Shown here: positions 24,801-37,744 of the stretch, piece after piece | Layout: every line of letters starts with the position of its first letter | Position numbering within the stretch: position 1 is the first letter of the stretch | Assembly: GCA_951406725.2 (NCBI GenBank) | Contig: OX597815.1 | Coordinates: 11,036,001-11,100,000, forward strand | Reading direction: 5' to 3' | DNA from: Octopus vulgaris | Lineage: Eukaryota | DNA length: 64,000 nucleotides | Translations under genes and position numbers: made by a program | Notes under the pieces: generated by a model | What the model was told of the DNA's origin: nothing | The model's database searches: none | The model's input: the letters and a program-made list of their open reading frames with translations, nothing else

Positions 24801-25884
24801 TAAGTTCCTAGCAACAAGTTTGTTGTTTACAGACACCATCTATTAGGAGAAATCGTTCTCCGATACGATGTACTACGGCGAAATGCCATGTTCACAATCG
24901 AGTGTACAGGAACAGGGTAAGAATTAATGCACTCATCAATATTATTATTTCATTTAGATTACAAATAAGCTAAAAGATATACCAATTAAAATGAATGTAA
25001 TATGAATTTCAAATGGTATTTTTTTTTGCTGTGAACTTATTACTGGGCAGAAAAGAAGGGAAATAGTAAGTTCTTTCCAATTACGTAATTTTTCTATTTT
25101 GAAGAATTTTCCAAAATATTCATAATTTTTATTTTTCACACGAGAAAGAGTTTTACATTATATTATTTTTTTTATTACTATTACCTTTTTAAAAAATTAT
25201 TTAACCATATTAAAAATTGTGGAATATAGTGTGCACCTTAGCTTATGTTTATTTCATTCTGTTGCTTTTAAACGTTTTTAAATACGTTGTCCTCAATTAC
25301 TAGGAGGGGAAGAAGAAGAGGAAGGGAGAGTATTTTGTAATATCACATAGGTAACCAGTACATTAACGCCGCCCCACTCCATGCAAGCAACATATTTATT
25401 TACACTTTTCATTTTTTCAGTTAATCAATTCTCTCATTTTTACTTGAAATTAGTTGTATCTCATGAAAAAATATAGAATTCTGTGATGATTATTCAACCG
25501 ATTGACATAAACTAATTCTAAAAAAAACAATTTTTAACAAATAGCAGTAAGTAACACACAAAAGTAATCGAAATAAAGGACAGTGGTGATGGTCGACTGT
25601 AGAGGAACTTCGTCACAGAATACTAGTCAATAAATTTAGCCAACATGTGAACTCTAGCGTGGTTGCTCACCTTGCTAGAAATAGCAGCGAAATTCTTTCA
25701 AATCATATTGACAGTCTTTAAAAGAAAGGACACGTGTATGATGTAGTCCATATAAACGAGAAGATGGGATAGGCGGGCCCAGAATGTATTTGACCATAGG
25801 TTTACTCCATCAAGATTCACGTAGCTCCTCCTCCTCAACAACAACAACAACAACGACAGCAGCAGCAGCAGCAACAACAACAGT

Positions 25885-26255
25885 GGAGGTGCAATGGCCC
25901 AGTGGTTAGGGCTGCGGACTCGCGGTTTCGATTCCCAGGCCGGGCGTTGTGTGTGTTTATTAAGCGAAAACACCTAAAGCTCCAAGAGGCTCCGGCAGGG
26001 GGTGGTGGCGACCCCTGTTGCACTCTTTCGCTCCAACTTTCTCTCACTCTTTCTTCCCGTTTTTTGTCCCCGACTTCCTACGCAACCGCTGAACCAGGAT
26101 GAGCATTCATCCATTCGCCGATGCTCTCGGTGTCGGGTGGTTGACCTGCTTTCTCTTCTGCGGGTCTTACGAATAGCAAAGGACCACGTTTCGGACTTCT
26201 CCCACTACAGACGGGACGAAGACCGCTTCGCTCAACAAACAAGCAAACAAACAAG
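25885..26255 (+). mobile_element. SINE family A head with a third 3' half ending in (CAAA)n
   Basis: Head matches 1736-1915, then diverges after actttctctcactct. Confidence 0.75.
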
Positions 26256-26722
26256 CAGCAACAACAATTTCTGGAAGTGAGATTGAAATACTGTGCAGTA
26301 AAAAGAAATAACTGTTACAGTTCCGGGTAGGATCCTTCTTTGAACAAACATTGTTGCAATAAAAATGACTATTATGAGAAACGTTTCTGTGAAGATAGTG
26401 AAATCACCAAGTGAATTATATGCGGAACAAAATATTTCTCTATGGGATTTTAACTAAATACAAAATGAAAACAAAAAACAATCAGTTAATGCTTCAACGA
26501 AAGGTCACTCTATTGTGTATATTATTCTTATCTCAATTTCCTTTGTATCTCGTTTTACTTCAGTTGCTTTGGTAAACTGGAGCATCTCTGGTCAGGGCTG
26601 ATAGGAATCGGTGAGAAGATTCTGTATTTGATATCGATGCTTCGTAAGTTTACTAATCTAATACTTATTCATAGACACTCACTGATAAATGCTTCAAAGA
26701 AATGCTACTATTAGATTAACAT

Positions 26723-26773
26723 TCGCAAATAATACATTTTCGCTATTCAATTAACAAACTCATCAGATCTCGC
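26723..26773 (-). ncRNA. Isolated hammerhead-like motif
   Basis: Minus: AGAU-CUGAUGA-GUUUGUU..AAUAGC-GAAA-AUGUAU-UA; stem I imperfect. Confidence 0.45.
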
Positions 26774-26959
26774 TTTCTAATGATTATTTATTTCGGACAC
26801 ACGATAAATTACGATCTAGTCTGAGAAGTTAAAATTAAGATAACATTGGTCCAAGATAATTATTTAATACAATTACGTGAAAAGTTTACAATTAGTTAGA
26901 TTTTAGATAATTACTAAAACTGAAAACAAAACAAAACAAGAAAACAAAAAAATAGTTTT

Positions 26960-27162
26960 CAAATTTTGGTACTAGGGCTGCGAGGAAACGGGCAAGTCGA
27001 TTACATCGCCCCCAGTACTCAACTGGTACTTATTTTAAACAACCCCAACAAGATGAAATGAAAAGCCGACCTCGGCAGAATTTGTACTCAGAACGTATAG
27101 ACGGACGAAATGTCGGCATGCATTTTGTTCGACCTGCTAACAATTCTGCCATCTCGCTGACT
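26960..27162 (-). mobile_element. Diverged SINE family C
   Basis: gtcgattacatcgcccccag...ccgacctcggcagaattt. Confidence 0.75.
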
Positions 27163-27909
27163 TAATTATGCCCCCACCCAAAAGTTTTAAAATGTAACTC
27201 GTTTCCCAGTTATACTCGGGAACGATTACGACTCGGTAGCATACATTGTGTTTTCTTTCATTGTTTTAGGTGTCTACGTAGTCGAAAGCAGACCAAGATA
27301 CTCTTGTTTCACCCAACTTTCACCCAAGGGAATCAGTTCACACAAGCTTTACTTCTTAAACAGACACAATGACTTATCTGCATATTATACGCTGCTAATG
27401 GTCTTGAATGGATTTTGACACCTAATGCGCTTTCAGTTCAAAGAAAAACGTATCGCTGAAAGCTGCTAATCTTTAAAGTAAACTAAATGCAGCGCAACCA
27501 CGGTTATCATCGCAAAAGTGACAATTTAATTGATGCTTCAAAAAAAAAAAAAACACGTCCAGTAATATGAATACATTTTCCCGTCCAAAGGAAAATAGAA
27601 GTGCATTATGAATAATTAATGATGATTCTTCGTATGTGTATGCGTATGCGTATACATACATCAGAATATCATAGTATGGATCAGACCGTCAGATGCTGTT
27701 ATACACCGCTGGTCACAATACGCTTCCAATTCTTCTTGATTGCGTGAATTTATTTTCCATCTTAACTCCACTTTCGTGGAGACCTTCCAAGTGGCCTCTG
27801 CCGATCTCTTGGATAGTTGTTAGTTGTCGGAGCACTGCATCCTTCAAAACCTCCATGCTTCCTGAGATTCGCCAACACTACACCTGATTTTCTCCCCTCC
27901 GTACAATAA

Positions 27910-27941
<32 letters not shown>

Positions 27942-27942
<1 letters not shown>

Positions 27943-28895
27943 ATGCACAGATCAATCTGTTTCCTGTGAACCTTGCGACATGTCCGGTTCAGCAGGACTC
28001 GTGCGTTTGATACTCTGCGATAAAATCGTCCACTCCGCTCCGTTCTAGAATTATCTCATTTCGAATGTTCTCTAAATGATATTCCTAGCACAGATCTTTC
28101 CATGGCCATTTGTGTCGTAGCCAGTCGATGTTCAATACCCTTCGTAGTAGCCCACGTCTCACTCGCATATAAGAACGCAGATAGGACTGTGCTATTGAAG
28201 AGTCTAGAATGTATGGTATGGTATTATCTAGCTTTGTTTTGAGCACATTCTTTATCGAGTTAAAGGCCCTCCATCTTGCCCTTATTCTCTTTGAGAGTCC
28301 AGCATCCATATCTCAGCGCATATTCACGGTGTACCCTGAGTAGATGTACCCTTTTACCTCCTCGATTTCACTTCTTCCCACCTCAAATGGGCCTTGTGCT
28401 ACGTTTTCTGACTGCATATATTTTGTTTTCATGTGGCTCATTTTAAGACCTACTGCTTAGCTGTAGGTCTTAAGTGCAAACGTGCGCTACACCAGGCAGG
28501 ACGACCCACGATAATCTTCCCCTTATACGCTACTCCTTATAGAGGGTGGGGAAGCTTTCTGACGCACGCGGGTACTGGTAAATTTAGACCACTATAACAA
28601 AGGTTCGTGTGTCATATTGCTAACTAGAGGCGATGGCTACTTGGAGCTAATCAACGGCAGCATTCGTCCTATTTTTCGTGCTGCGTTGTTAGTTTGGTGA
28701 TAACTATTAATATCCAGTACCGCTGCCGTAGTCTCCTTTAGAGAGACTTAGAAATATTATTATTTCTATTTTTGAAAACCAGTGTGTGTATGCCACTGAA
28801 TTTTAGGTAAAGAATCCTTCAAACAGACGGCCAGTAGCGACGCCTGTTGGGTTCGGTTATTCTACATTGATAGCAAGGGGAAGCGGCTGACCTCC
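27942..28895 (-). pseudogene. RTE LINE remnant (RT C-terminus plus probable 5' UTR)
   Basis: VGLKMSHMKTKYM...YIYSG...KRIRARWRAF; (TAA)n tail. Confidence 0.65.
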
Positions 28896-28898
28896 CCT

Positions 28899-28996
<98 letters not shown>

Positions 28997-29030
28997 TTCA
29001 ATTGTTCTTTTTGAAATTATTTTTTTCTCA

Positions 29031-29069
<39 letters not shown>

Positions 29070-29079
29070 AATATATACA

Positions 29080-29970
29080 GTGAGAAAAATAAGTTCAAAA
29101 AGAACAATTCAAAAGAGAAATAAAAATGGTTTCTAATAAAGTTTCATCATATTCAGAAAGAAACAGCCAGAGCAAGTAACAAGAATATGAAAATAATACT
29201 TGAGCAATATCGTTACAGGGATAAAGATATACCAGAAACAATTATAACAAAATCAAGGAAAAGATGTTGAATTAAATTAGATTTAATACAAACTTGGATT
29301 CAATACATACGCGCGTTTCAAAAGACAATATAGATATGTAAGAAAAAATTATAATCATAGTAATCATAATTAAATTTATGCATTATCATTCTCATCAGTG
29401 TGAGGAATTTTTGGAAGGACATGAAAAAAATAAAATAAGATACAATAAGGGAGAATGCAGATAGGGTAATAGGGAAAAATCGGATATTTAGGAACAAGTT
29501 GTAAAAAGAAAAAAACAACAGTAATTATAATAAAGAGAGAAACGAAAGAGAAAAAAAAAAGACATATTAATGTGTATGCAAGTCTATTTGTGCAGTAAAC
29601 TATAACATAAAAATAAAAATCTATTGGTTATATTTAAAGAAATAGTAACAGGTTGAGACAAAGTATAATGTACACAAGGTCACGTGTGTATAGTAGAATA
29701 TAACGCAACAGAAAAAAAAAACATAAAGAGTTATACCATTTTTGATGTCCTTCAAAAAATTTCTGACACTGATGAAAATGACAATGCATGAATTTAATTA
29801 TAATGACCTTGATTATAATGTTTCTTACATATTTGTATTGTCTATTGAAACGTGCGTATATATTGAATCCAATTTTGTATTAGATAGAATTTTGATTCAA
29901 CATCTTTATCTCCTCCATTTTTAAATACTTGTTTATGGTATATTTATACCTATAACGATATTTTCAACTA
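29080..29970. mobile_element. Foldback element: arms ~29197-29428 and 29739-29970, HHR in each arm
   Basis: Minus 29305-29401 ACA-CUGAUGA..GAAA-CGCGCG-UA-UGU; plus 29766-29861 aca-ctgatga-aaatgacaatgc..gtattgtctatt-gaaa-cgtgcg-ta. Confidence 0.85.
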
Positions 29971-30002
29971 TAAATATATGTATATAATTTATATCTAGAT
30001 AA

Positions 30003-30037
<35 letters not shown>

Positions 30038-30039
<2 letters not shown>

Positions 30040-30283
30040 AAATATTGAATTTCTAAATCTCTCGTAGAGACATGTACGGTGGTGGGGCTATAGAATGGTT
30101 GTATACTGTCAATCTAACAAGAACGTGACAGTAGGGGGTACACCACCGCTGTATAGCCCTAGGAAGCATCGAACGCCTCCTGAGTGTGTGTGTGTGTGTT
30201 CGATGCTTCCTAGGGCTATACAGCAGTGGTGTACCCTCTACTGTCACGTTCTTGTTAGATTGACAGTATACAACCATTCTATA
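30038..30283. mobile_element. Young foldback: 86-bp arms 30089-30174 and 30198-30283, 51-bp one-sided tail, in (TA)n
   Basis: Only 2 mismatches between arms. Confidence 0.9.
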
Positions 30284-30295
30284 TATATATATATA

Positions 30296-30827
30296 TTAGA
30301 AGAAATGAGGAACTCAGAAATCTGGATGGTTTCATATTTACAGATATTTATTAGTATGTTACATGTTTTTATAAATCATATATCATATATATTAGCGCTT
30401 TCTTCCACTCTAGTGGAGTCTTCAAATTGAACTTTTGCAGGAATTTTGACTCTTTTTATAGTATTATTGAGTGTGTAGGGGTGGGGAGAGATATAAGATA
30501 GCACAAGAGGGTGAGGAATGGGGAGAAAGTAAGAGAGAGCATGTGTGTATGTGTGTATGTGTGTTTGTATCTGAATGAGGTGTTAAAGGAAAAGAGAAGG
30601 AAAAGAAGAAGGAGAGAAAGAAGAAAAAAATTGTTGATACCTTTGCAGCGTTTCAATAGTAATTCTTGGCTTTTGTAAACACATTTTTTTCTTCTTTCTC
30701 TCCTCCTCCTTCCTTTCATTCCCCTTTCCCATATGACACTCCTTTCAGATACACAGACACGCACACACACACGCACGCACGTACGCACACACTCGCACGC
30801 ACGCATCACGCACACACACACGCACAC

Positions 30828-30869
<42 letters not shown>

Positions 30870-31112
30870 GCACACACACACGCACGCACACACACACGCA
30901 CGCATACACACACGCACACACACACGCACGCACACACACACGCACACACACACACACGCACACACACGCACACACACACACGCACGCACACACACACACA
31001 CTCACACGCATGCACGCACGCACGCACACACACACGCACACGCACACGCACACACACACTCTCTCTCTCACAAGACAATGATAAAAACGAAATCCTGACA
31101 ATTTTTTGAAAA
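30296..31112 (-). mobile_element. Truncated relative of the 34975-37091 foldback; minimal HHR at 30391-30427
   Basis: Same terminus ttagaagaaat..ctcagaaa; minus UUGAAGA-CUCCAC UAGA GUGGAA-GAAA-GCGC-UA. Confidence 0.8.
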
Positions 31113-31222
31113 TATTGGTAAACGAATATTAGTTTCTTATGATTTAGAGATTTTCAATAAACATGCACCTTATTATACTGAAGCCCTCTGAGAGGCAGGA
31201 TATAATAATAGTATTAATTTTT

Positions 31223-31255
<33 letters not shown>

Positions 31256-31484
31256 TAAAGGATTATAATTTTAATGATTTTTATAATAGTAAATAGTAAA
31301 ATTTAAAATTATCATAAGATTTATTTAGATAATTATGCTCTTAAAAATAGATATTACGATAATACAAATCATAAGAATAATAATAGAAGAAAAAACAAAA
31401 ATGAAATTAAGAATAAGACTAATTTTAATTCAATGAATGATAATAATAATTTTGATAATATCAAAAAGAAATTAAATAATACTA

Positions 31485-31515
<31 letters not shown>

Positions 31516-31523
31516 TAATAATG

Positions 31524-31587
<64 letters not shown>

Positions 31588-31604
31588 TAATAATAATAAT
31601 AATA

Positions 31605-32242
31605 AATACATAACAAAATAAATACATAACAAAAATACAGATAAATACATAACAAAAACACCAGGACTTACAAACACATATCACATACAAAAAATTGCAC
31701 TACTAGGCACTGCACACATCCTATGCAGAACACTTTCCATACAATAACCATCAGAGCATCACAACAAATCACAGCACATACCTAGTCGGAAGCACTCCGT
31801 CGGTTACGACGACGAGGGTTCCGGTTGATCCGAATCAACGGAACAGCCTGCTCGTGAAATTAACGTGTAAGTGGCTGAGCACTCCACAGACACGTGTACC
31901 CTTAACGTAGTTCTCGGGGATATTCAGCGTGACACAGAGAGTGACAAGGCCGGCCCTTTGAAATACAGGTACAACAGAAACAGGAAGTAAGGGTGAGAGA
32001 AAGTTGTGGTGAAAGAGTACAGCAGGGATCACCACCATCCCCTGCCGGAGCCTCGTGGAGCTTTAGGTGTTTTCGCTCAATAAACACTCACAACGCCCGG
32101 TCTGGGAATCGAAACCGCGATCCTATGACCGCGAGTCCACTGCCCTAACCACTGGACCATTGCGCCTCCACAAAGCACATACCTAAGGCACACAGAGCTG
32201 CGCTCGGTAGTGAAGTGAAAGCACGATATAAAAATAAAACTA

Positions 32243-32245
<3 letters not shown>
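31605..32245 (+). mobile_element. R4/Dong 3' end inserted in (AAT)n
   Basis: QKIALLGTAHILCRTL; flanked by (AAT)n. Confidence 0.75.
31788..32169 (-). mobile_element. SINE family A, full length
   Basis: TSD agcacataccta. Confidence 0.9.
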
Positions 32246-32273
<28 letters not shown>

Positions 32274-32557
32274 TAAATAATAGGAATAAAATTTGGTTGA
32301 TTGTTCCTTATGGGGCTCAAGTTAAAACTAATATTATTAAATATATTTTAAATGTAATTGAACAATTCATTCGGGATAAAAGAAAATATATAAAATTTTC
32401 TTTAGAAATAATTTGCATTTTGTATATTTGTTAACGATAATTTAGATACGTACATTTATTTAATTATTCTTATTATTATAAGTTTGGTTACTATGTGAAT
32501 TAGGTTGTAAAATCTTTTAGTATAGATAAAGTTTTTTTATATTTTGTACTATTGAAT

Positions 32558-32627
<70 letters not shown>

Positions 32628-33210
32628 TCGCAAATAATTTTATAAACGACTAGTAATACGCTTTTAGTTTTGGGATTTTTTAATTTTTAATTTTTTATTT
32701 CATAAATATTTTCGGAATGTATAATATTTATTTAATAAATAATGGATTAATTTATTTCTTTATATGTTTGTTGATTGAAAAAATATGGATCTCTTATTGC
32801 TATATTTGTTAATCATAATTTAGATACGTACATTTATTCAATTTGATTATTTTATAATTATTATATGTGAATTATAACCTAAAAGTATTAAGTGTGATTG
32901 TTTTGTAAAATAGTTTGTTACGTAAAATATTAGAGTATAGCTAGTGAATAGATATTCTATAGTTTGTTAATGTTATTCTCAAAGCTAAAATATATCTTCA
33001 TATATAAATACATTTTTCTATATATTTACTCTATTTTTTACCTTAGGTTTTTAACATGATAAATGTATTATAGACATCTGGTCCTACTTTTTAAATTTCA
33101 AATTTAGTTAACAGAGTTTCTTCTATAAGAACAATCATGATTTTATTTCTTTAAGAAATATTGTTTAATTCTATTTGATTATTTATTTAACTATTATTGT
33201 TATTATTGTT

Positions 33211-33312
33211 GACCTGAGGAGTGACTATACCTTTAAATTGATTTGTTTTTCAATTAAATTTAAATTTAATTGTAATTCGAATTTAAATTATAACCATGAA
33301 ACGTATGTATTC
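33211..33312 (+). ncRNA. Hammerhead motif with long stem II in PLE 3' region
   Basis: gac-ctgagga-gtgactata...tataaccat-gaaa-cgtatg-ta-ttc. Confidence 0.6.
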
Positions 33313-33452
33313 TTTTTATTTACTATATATTGTTTATTCATTTTTTGTACTTTTTTGTGATCTAGTTATGTTTTATAATATATTTTATTTTTTCTTCATG
33401 ATTTGCTTTATGTCTATCATTGTTTGAATTGCACAATAGTTGTTTTTCACTA

Positions 33453-33504
<52 letters not shown>

Positions 33505-33810
33505 GGTTCAACAAGGCATATTTACTGGAAAATAGCAATCGATACAAATACGACGCTATTGTATAGCTTCACTGGGTATTGACTAGCAAAGACATGTGTG
33601 TGCAACAAACATGAAAAATTTGTTATCTCCAGGAAGAACATTCGATAAATGGACAACCTAGAATCAGATAATGCAAGACTGGTTTCTAACTCTTCAAATA
33701 CGTTTGACAACGTATAATTCTACCCTTATGTATAATTCTACCTTTATAGGGCTTTATTTTACTGGAAAGTAATACATTTGTATTGCAGTATTATTTTCAT
33801 AATAAATATA

Positions 33811-34712
33811 TATATTATCCGAATTTTATAATATTAAGTATCCATCACGGCTGGTCTTACCAATCGGTTTTGCACAAAGCATACAAGGGAGTGTTAAGCA
33901 ACAATCCAATTATATAACTGAACACTCATCAGAGATAGCCGATGAGGACGGGATTATGGCGACCGATCTCTATTGTTGGAGCTGGATTAGCATAACCGGT
34001 CAGCGATTGCTGTAAAAAAAGTGGTGAGACGAAATAGGGCCCAAGGTATCCGGCCAGGAGTTATGTCTCTTTCTTGGGTATGCTGTAAAGTGAGGAAAGT
34101 GTGTATTATTGATGTGGTATCCCTGCGGGGATGGAGTATGTGGATGTGTAACAGTGTCATATATATAGTTTTTTTCTCTGAGGATGTAGGTATACGTAGC
34201 TGTTTTCGATGGTCTGTTTTCTTTTTGTAAAGAATAAAGTCGAGGCTTTTTTTCTATATTAGTGCGCGATGTGTAATGTACATGTGTGGTGTCTGTGTAT
34301 ATGTGGGGGTAAAATTTGCATATTATACAAATGACACCGCTACACATATAACACACCCCATCCCCGCAGGGATACCACATTAATAATATACACTTTTCCT
34401 ACTGCATGATAACTCTTGCCAGCTTCACATCATATCCAACATATGACATAGCTCTTAGCCCATTTCCCTGAGTCCTTTTCCATTTCACCATTTATTTACA
34501 GCAGCCGCTGACCGGTTGTATTAATCCACCTCAAACAATATCGACTATCTCTGATGAGTGTAGCATTATATAATTGTATTGTTATCTAAAACTCCATTGT
34601 ATTCTTTGCACGAAACCGATTGGTAAGACCAGATGTGCTGAATATTTAATACTATAAATTTCGGATAATATACCTACTCTACTGACAGTTATATGATCCC
34701 TTAGATGACTCA

Positions 34713-34716
<4 letters not shown>
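33811..34716 (+). mobile_element. Foldback element: arms ~33811-34165 and ~34330-34672, tail to 34716, HHR at 34548-34628 (+) and 33855-33935 (-)
   Basis: tct-ctgatga-gtgtag...ttgcac-gaaa-cc gatt gg-ta-aga; atgtggtatccctgcggggatgg mirrors ccatccccgcagggataccacat. Confidence 0.85.
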
Positions 34717-34775
<59 letters not shown>

Positions 34776-34938
34776 ATATAATTAATATTATCAAAGTGTA
34801 ATCTGAAATATTAGAAATTGACATTACCAGTGGCCTAGCATGTAAAAATTTTTTGGATAATTTTCGAAATGAAAATGTCCTCTCTAGCGTGTAGGTAGTC
34901 CTATGATGGCTACCTCTTGTGTGTTTAAATGTACACTG

Positions 34939-34942
<4 letters not shown>
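34776..34942. mobile_element. Deleted relative of the 43922-44240 element, in (TA)n
   Basis: Shared tatcaaag..agtgg.cta.c.tgtaaaaattt and ttaaatgtacact termini. Confidence 0.65.
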
Positions 34943-34974
<32 letters not shown>

Positions 34975-34980
<6 letters not shown>

Positions 34981-35912
34981 GAAATAAGATGCTCAGAAAG
35001 CTGAATGGGTTTATATTTACAGATATTTATTATGTCACATGTTTTTATAAATCATAAATTAGCGCTTGCGTCCACTCTAGTGAAATCTTCAGATTGGATT
35101 TTTCAGGACTTTTGTCTCTTTTTATAGTATTATTGTGTGTAGAGGGGAAGATAGTACAAGAGAGTGAAGAATCGGGAGAAAGTGAGAAAGAGAGTGTGTA
35201 TGCGCGCGCACGTGCTTTTGTATCTGAAAAAAGTGTCAATGGAAAAGAGAAGGAAAGGAAGAAGGAAGAGGGAAAGAAGAAAAAATGTGTTTACTTTTAT
35301 ACAGCCGGTCAGTTCTTTCAGTAGAATGTGATTCTTGGCTTTTAGAAAGGTGGTTACTCCGAGGGGGGTAAATGGTATTTTTCAAAAAATTGTCTGGATT
35401 TCTTTTTACCATTGTCTTGTGAGTGTGTGTGTGTGTTTGCCTGTGTGTCTGTATGTGGGTGTCTGTGTATCTGAAAGGAATGTCAATGGAAAAGAAAGAA
35501 GGAAGAGGGAAAGAATAAAAAAAACGTGTTGACATCTTTGCAGCTGGTCAGTTCCTTCAATAGAAAGTGATTTTTGTCCTTTTAAAATGGTAAAACTCAA
35601 GTGGCTACTCCAAGGGGATCTCTTGGCTTTCAAAAAAAATTTTGTCTGGATTTCTTTTCATCAATGTCCAGTGAGAGAGAGTGTGTATGTGTTTTGTGTG
35701 TGTGTGTGGGTGTGTGCATGTGTATCTGAAAGAAGTGTCAATGGAAAAGAGAAGGAAAGAAAGAAGGAAGAGAGGAAGAAGAAATAATTGTGTTGACATC
35801 TATACCACTTTTCAGTTCTTTCAATCCAATGTTTGATTCCCGTGCTGGTATGGGTTGGAGAATCTGGATGGAAGATTGTTTCTATTTATGTATATGGACA
35901 TATGTACAGTAC

Positions 35913-35944
<32 letters not shown>

Positions 35945-37088
35945 GGTTTAATACAATTTACTTTACAAAATTGGTCCTTCATTTAGTACAAATTAATATA
36001 GAAATATTTTCAGACAATCAGTTTGCGGGAGAACTTTGTTATGAAGTATTTTTCCATATTTTTCCTGAAGGAGGTGTCATTCTTTAGGCATTTATAGAAG
36101 GGAAATATCTTACATCCAGATTCTCCAACCCATACCATCACGGGAATCAAACACTGGATTGAAAGAACTGAAAAGTGGTATAGATGTCAGCACAAGTATT
36201 TCTTCTTCCTCCCTTTCTTCTTTCTTTCCTTCTCTTTTCCATTGTCACTCCTTTCAGATAAACAGCACCCATACACACACACACACGCACACACGCAAAA
36301 TAAAAAAAAAACACATACAGACTCTCTCACTGGACAATGATTAAAAGAAATCCAGACAAAAGAATTTTTTTGAAAACCAAGAAACCCCCTCGGAGTAGCC
36401 ACTTGATTTTTACCATTTTTAAAAGGGCAAAAGTCACTTTCTGTTGAAGGAACTGACAGCTGCAAAGATGTCAACACATCTTTTCTTCTTTCTCTCTTCC
36501 TTCTTTCTTTCTCTTTTCCATTGACACTCCTTTCAGATACACAGACCCCCCCCACACACTCTCTCTCTGTCTCTCTCTCTCACACACAAGACAAAGGTAA
36601 AAAGAAATCCAGACAATTTTTCGAAAATAACATTTAACCCCTTGGAGTAACCACCTTAGTTTGCCATTTCTAAAAGCCAAGAATCACTTTCTATTGAAAG
36701 AACTGACCAGCTGTATAAAAGTAAACACATTGTTTTCTTCTTTTTCTCTTTCTTCTTCCTTTCCTTCTCTTTTCCATTGACACTTCTTTCAGATACAAAT
36801 GCACACACACACACACACACGCACACACAAGCACTCTCTCTCTCTCACTTTCTCCCCATTCCTCACCCTCTTGTATTATCTTATATCCCTCTCCACCCGT
36901 ACACACTCAATAATACTATAAAAAGAGACAAAAGTCATGAAAAAATTCAATCTGAAGACTCCACTAAAAGGGACGCAAGCGCTAATATATGATTTATAAA
37001 AACATGTGACATAATAAAACCATCCATATTTCTGAGTATCTTATTTCTTCTTATATATAATACCTGCACATCATCTCCAAACCTTCTA

Positions 37089-37091
<3 letters not shown>
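34975..37091 (+). mobile_element. 2.1-kb foldback: arms ~34975-35885 and ~36095-37055, three internal subrepeats per arm, minimal HHR motifs, ~40-bp tail
   Basis: agaagaaataagatgctcagaaa mirrors tttctgagtatcttatttcttct; HHR-like 35058-35094 (-) and 36950-36986 (+). Confidence 0.9.
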
Positions 37092-37141
<50 letters not shown>

Positions 37142-37744
37142 CATAATCGCTGCTCAGTTTACAAGCTGATAAGCTAATTCGTGTATTGCTAATTTGAAAA
37201 ATGTCAGATTCTGATTTAAACATAGCACGGAAACCAAAGCAAAGTAATTTACAACATAGATGTATATCTTTGAAATTAGATATATTTAATAATTTCGCTT
37301 AGATTAAATTATCTGATTGTAATTAAATCTGGTAAACATTTGTCTGGCAACATTTAGTTTTCTAACAGAACTTAAAGATTACAGGCATACGCATACACAC
37401 GCACAAACTATATGTAGCTATATTTAATGATATTGCAATTTATATTGTAAAACAAGTTTATCTTAAAATACTAGTCAACACAAATTGTTTCACATTATAC
37501 AGAACTGCATAATGACGAAATGTGAATTTACAATTATAGCACTTGAGACTGTTTGCAGCCTTAAAAAAATGTTTTGCTGCCAGGAAAAACTTGTTGAAGA
37601 CTAGATCTCCTATATTCCTGCGCTGCTTTTTCTACCAGGTCTGCAGAGGGATGGGCTATGCTACGTCTAGGCGTGCCCAAGACATAACATATTCTACGAC
37701 GGTGTCCCAACAATATAATAAGGCGGTCCAAGACAAAACAACGC

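Larger units (their letters stand above)
31113..33456 (+). pseudogene. AT-eroded Nematis-type PLE 3' remnant with nested R4 tail and SINE, ending at (TA)n
   Basis: DLEIFNKHAPYYTEAL*EAGY (31140); WLIVPYGAQVKTNIIK (32295); HHR at 33211-33312. Confidence 0.65.
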
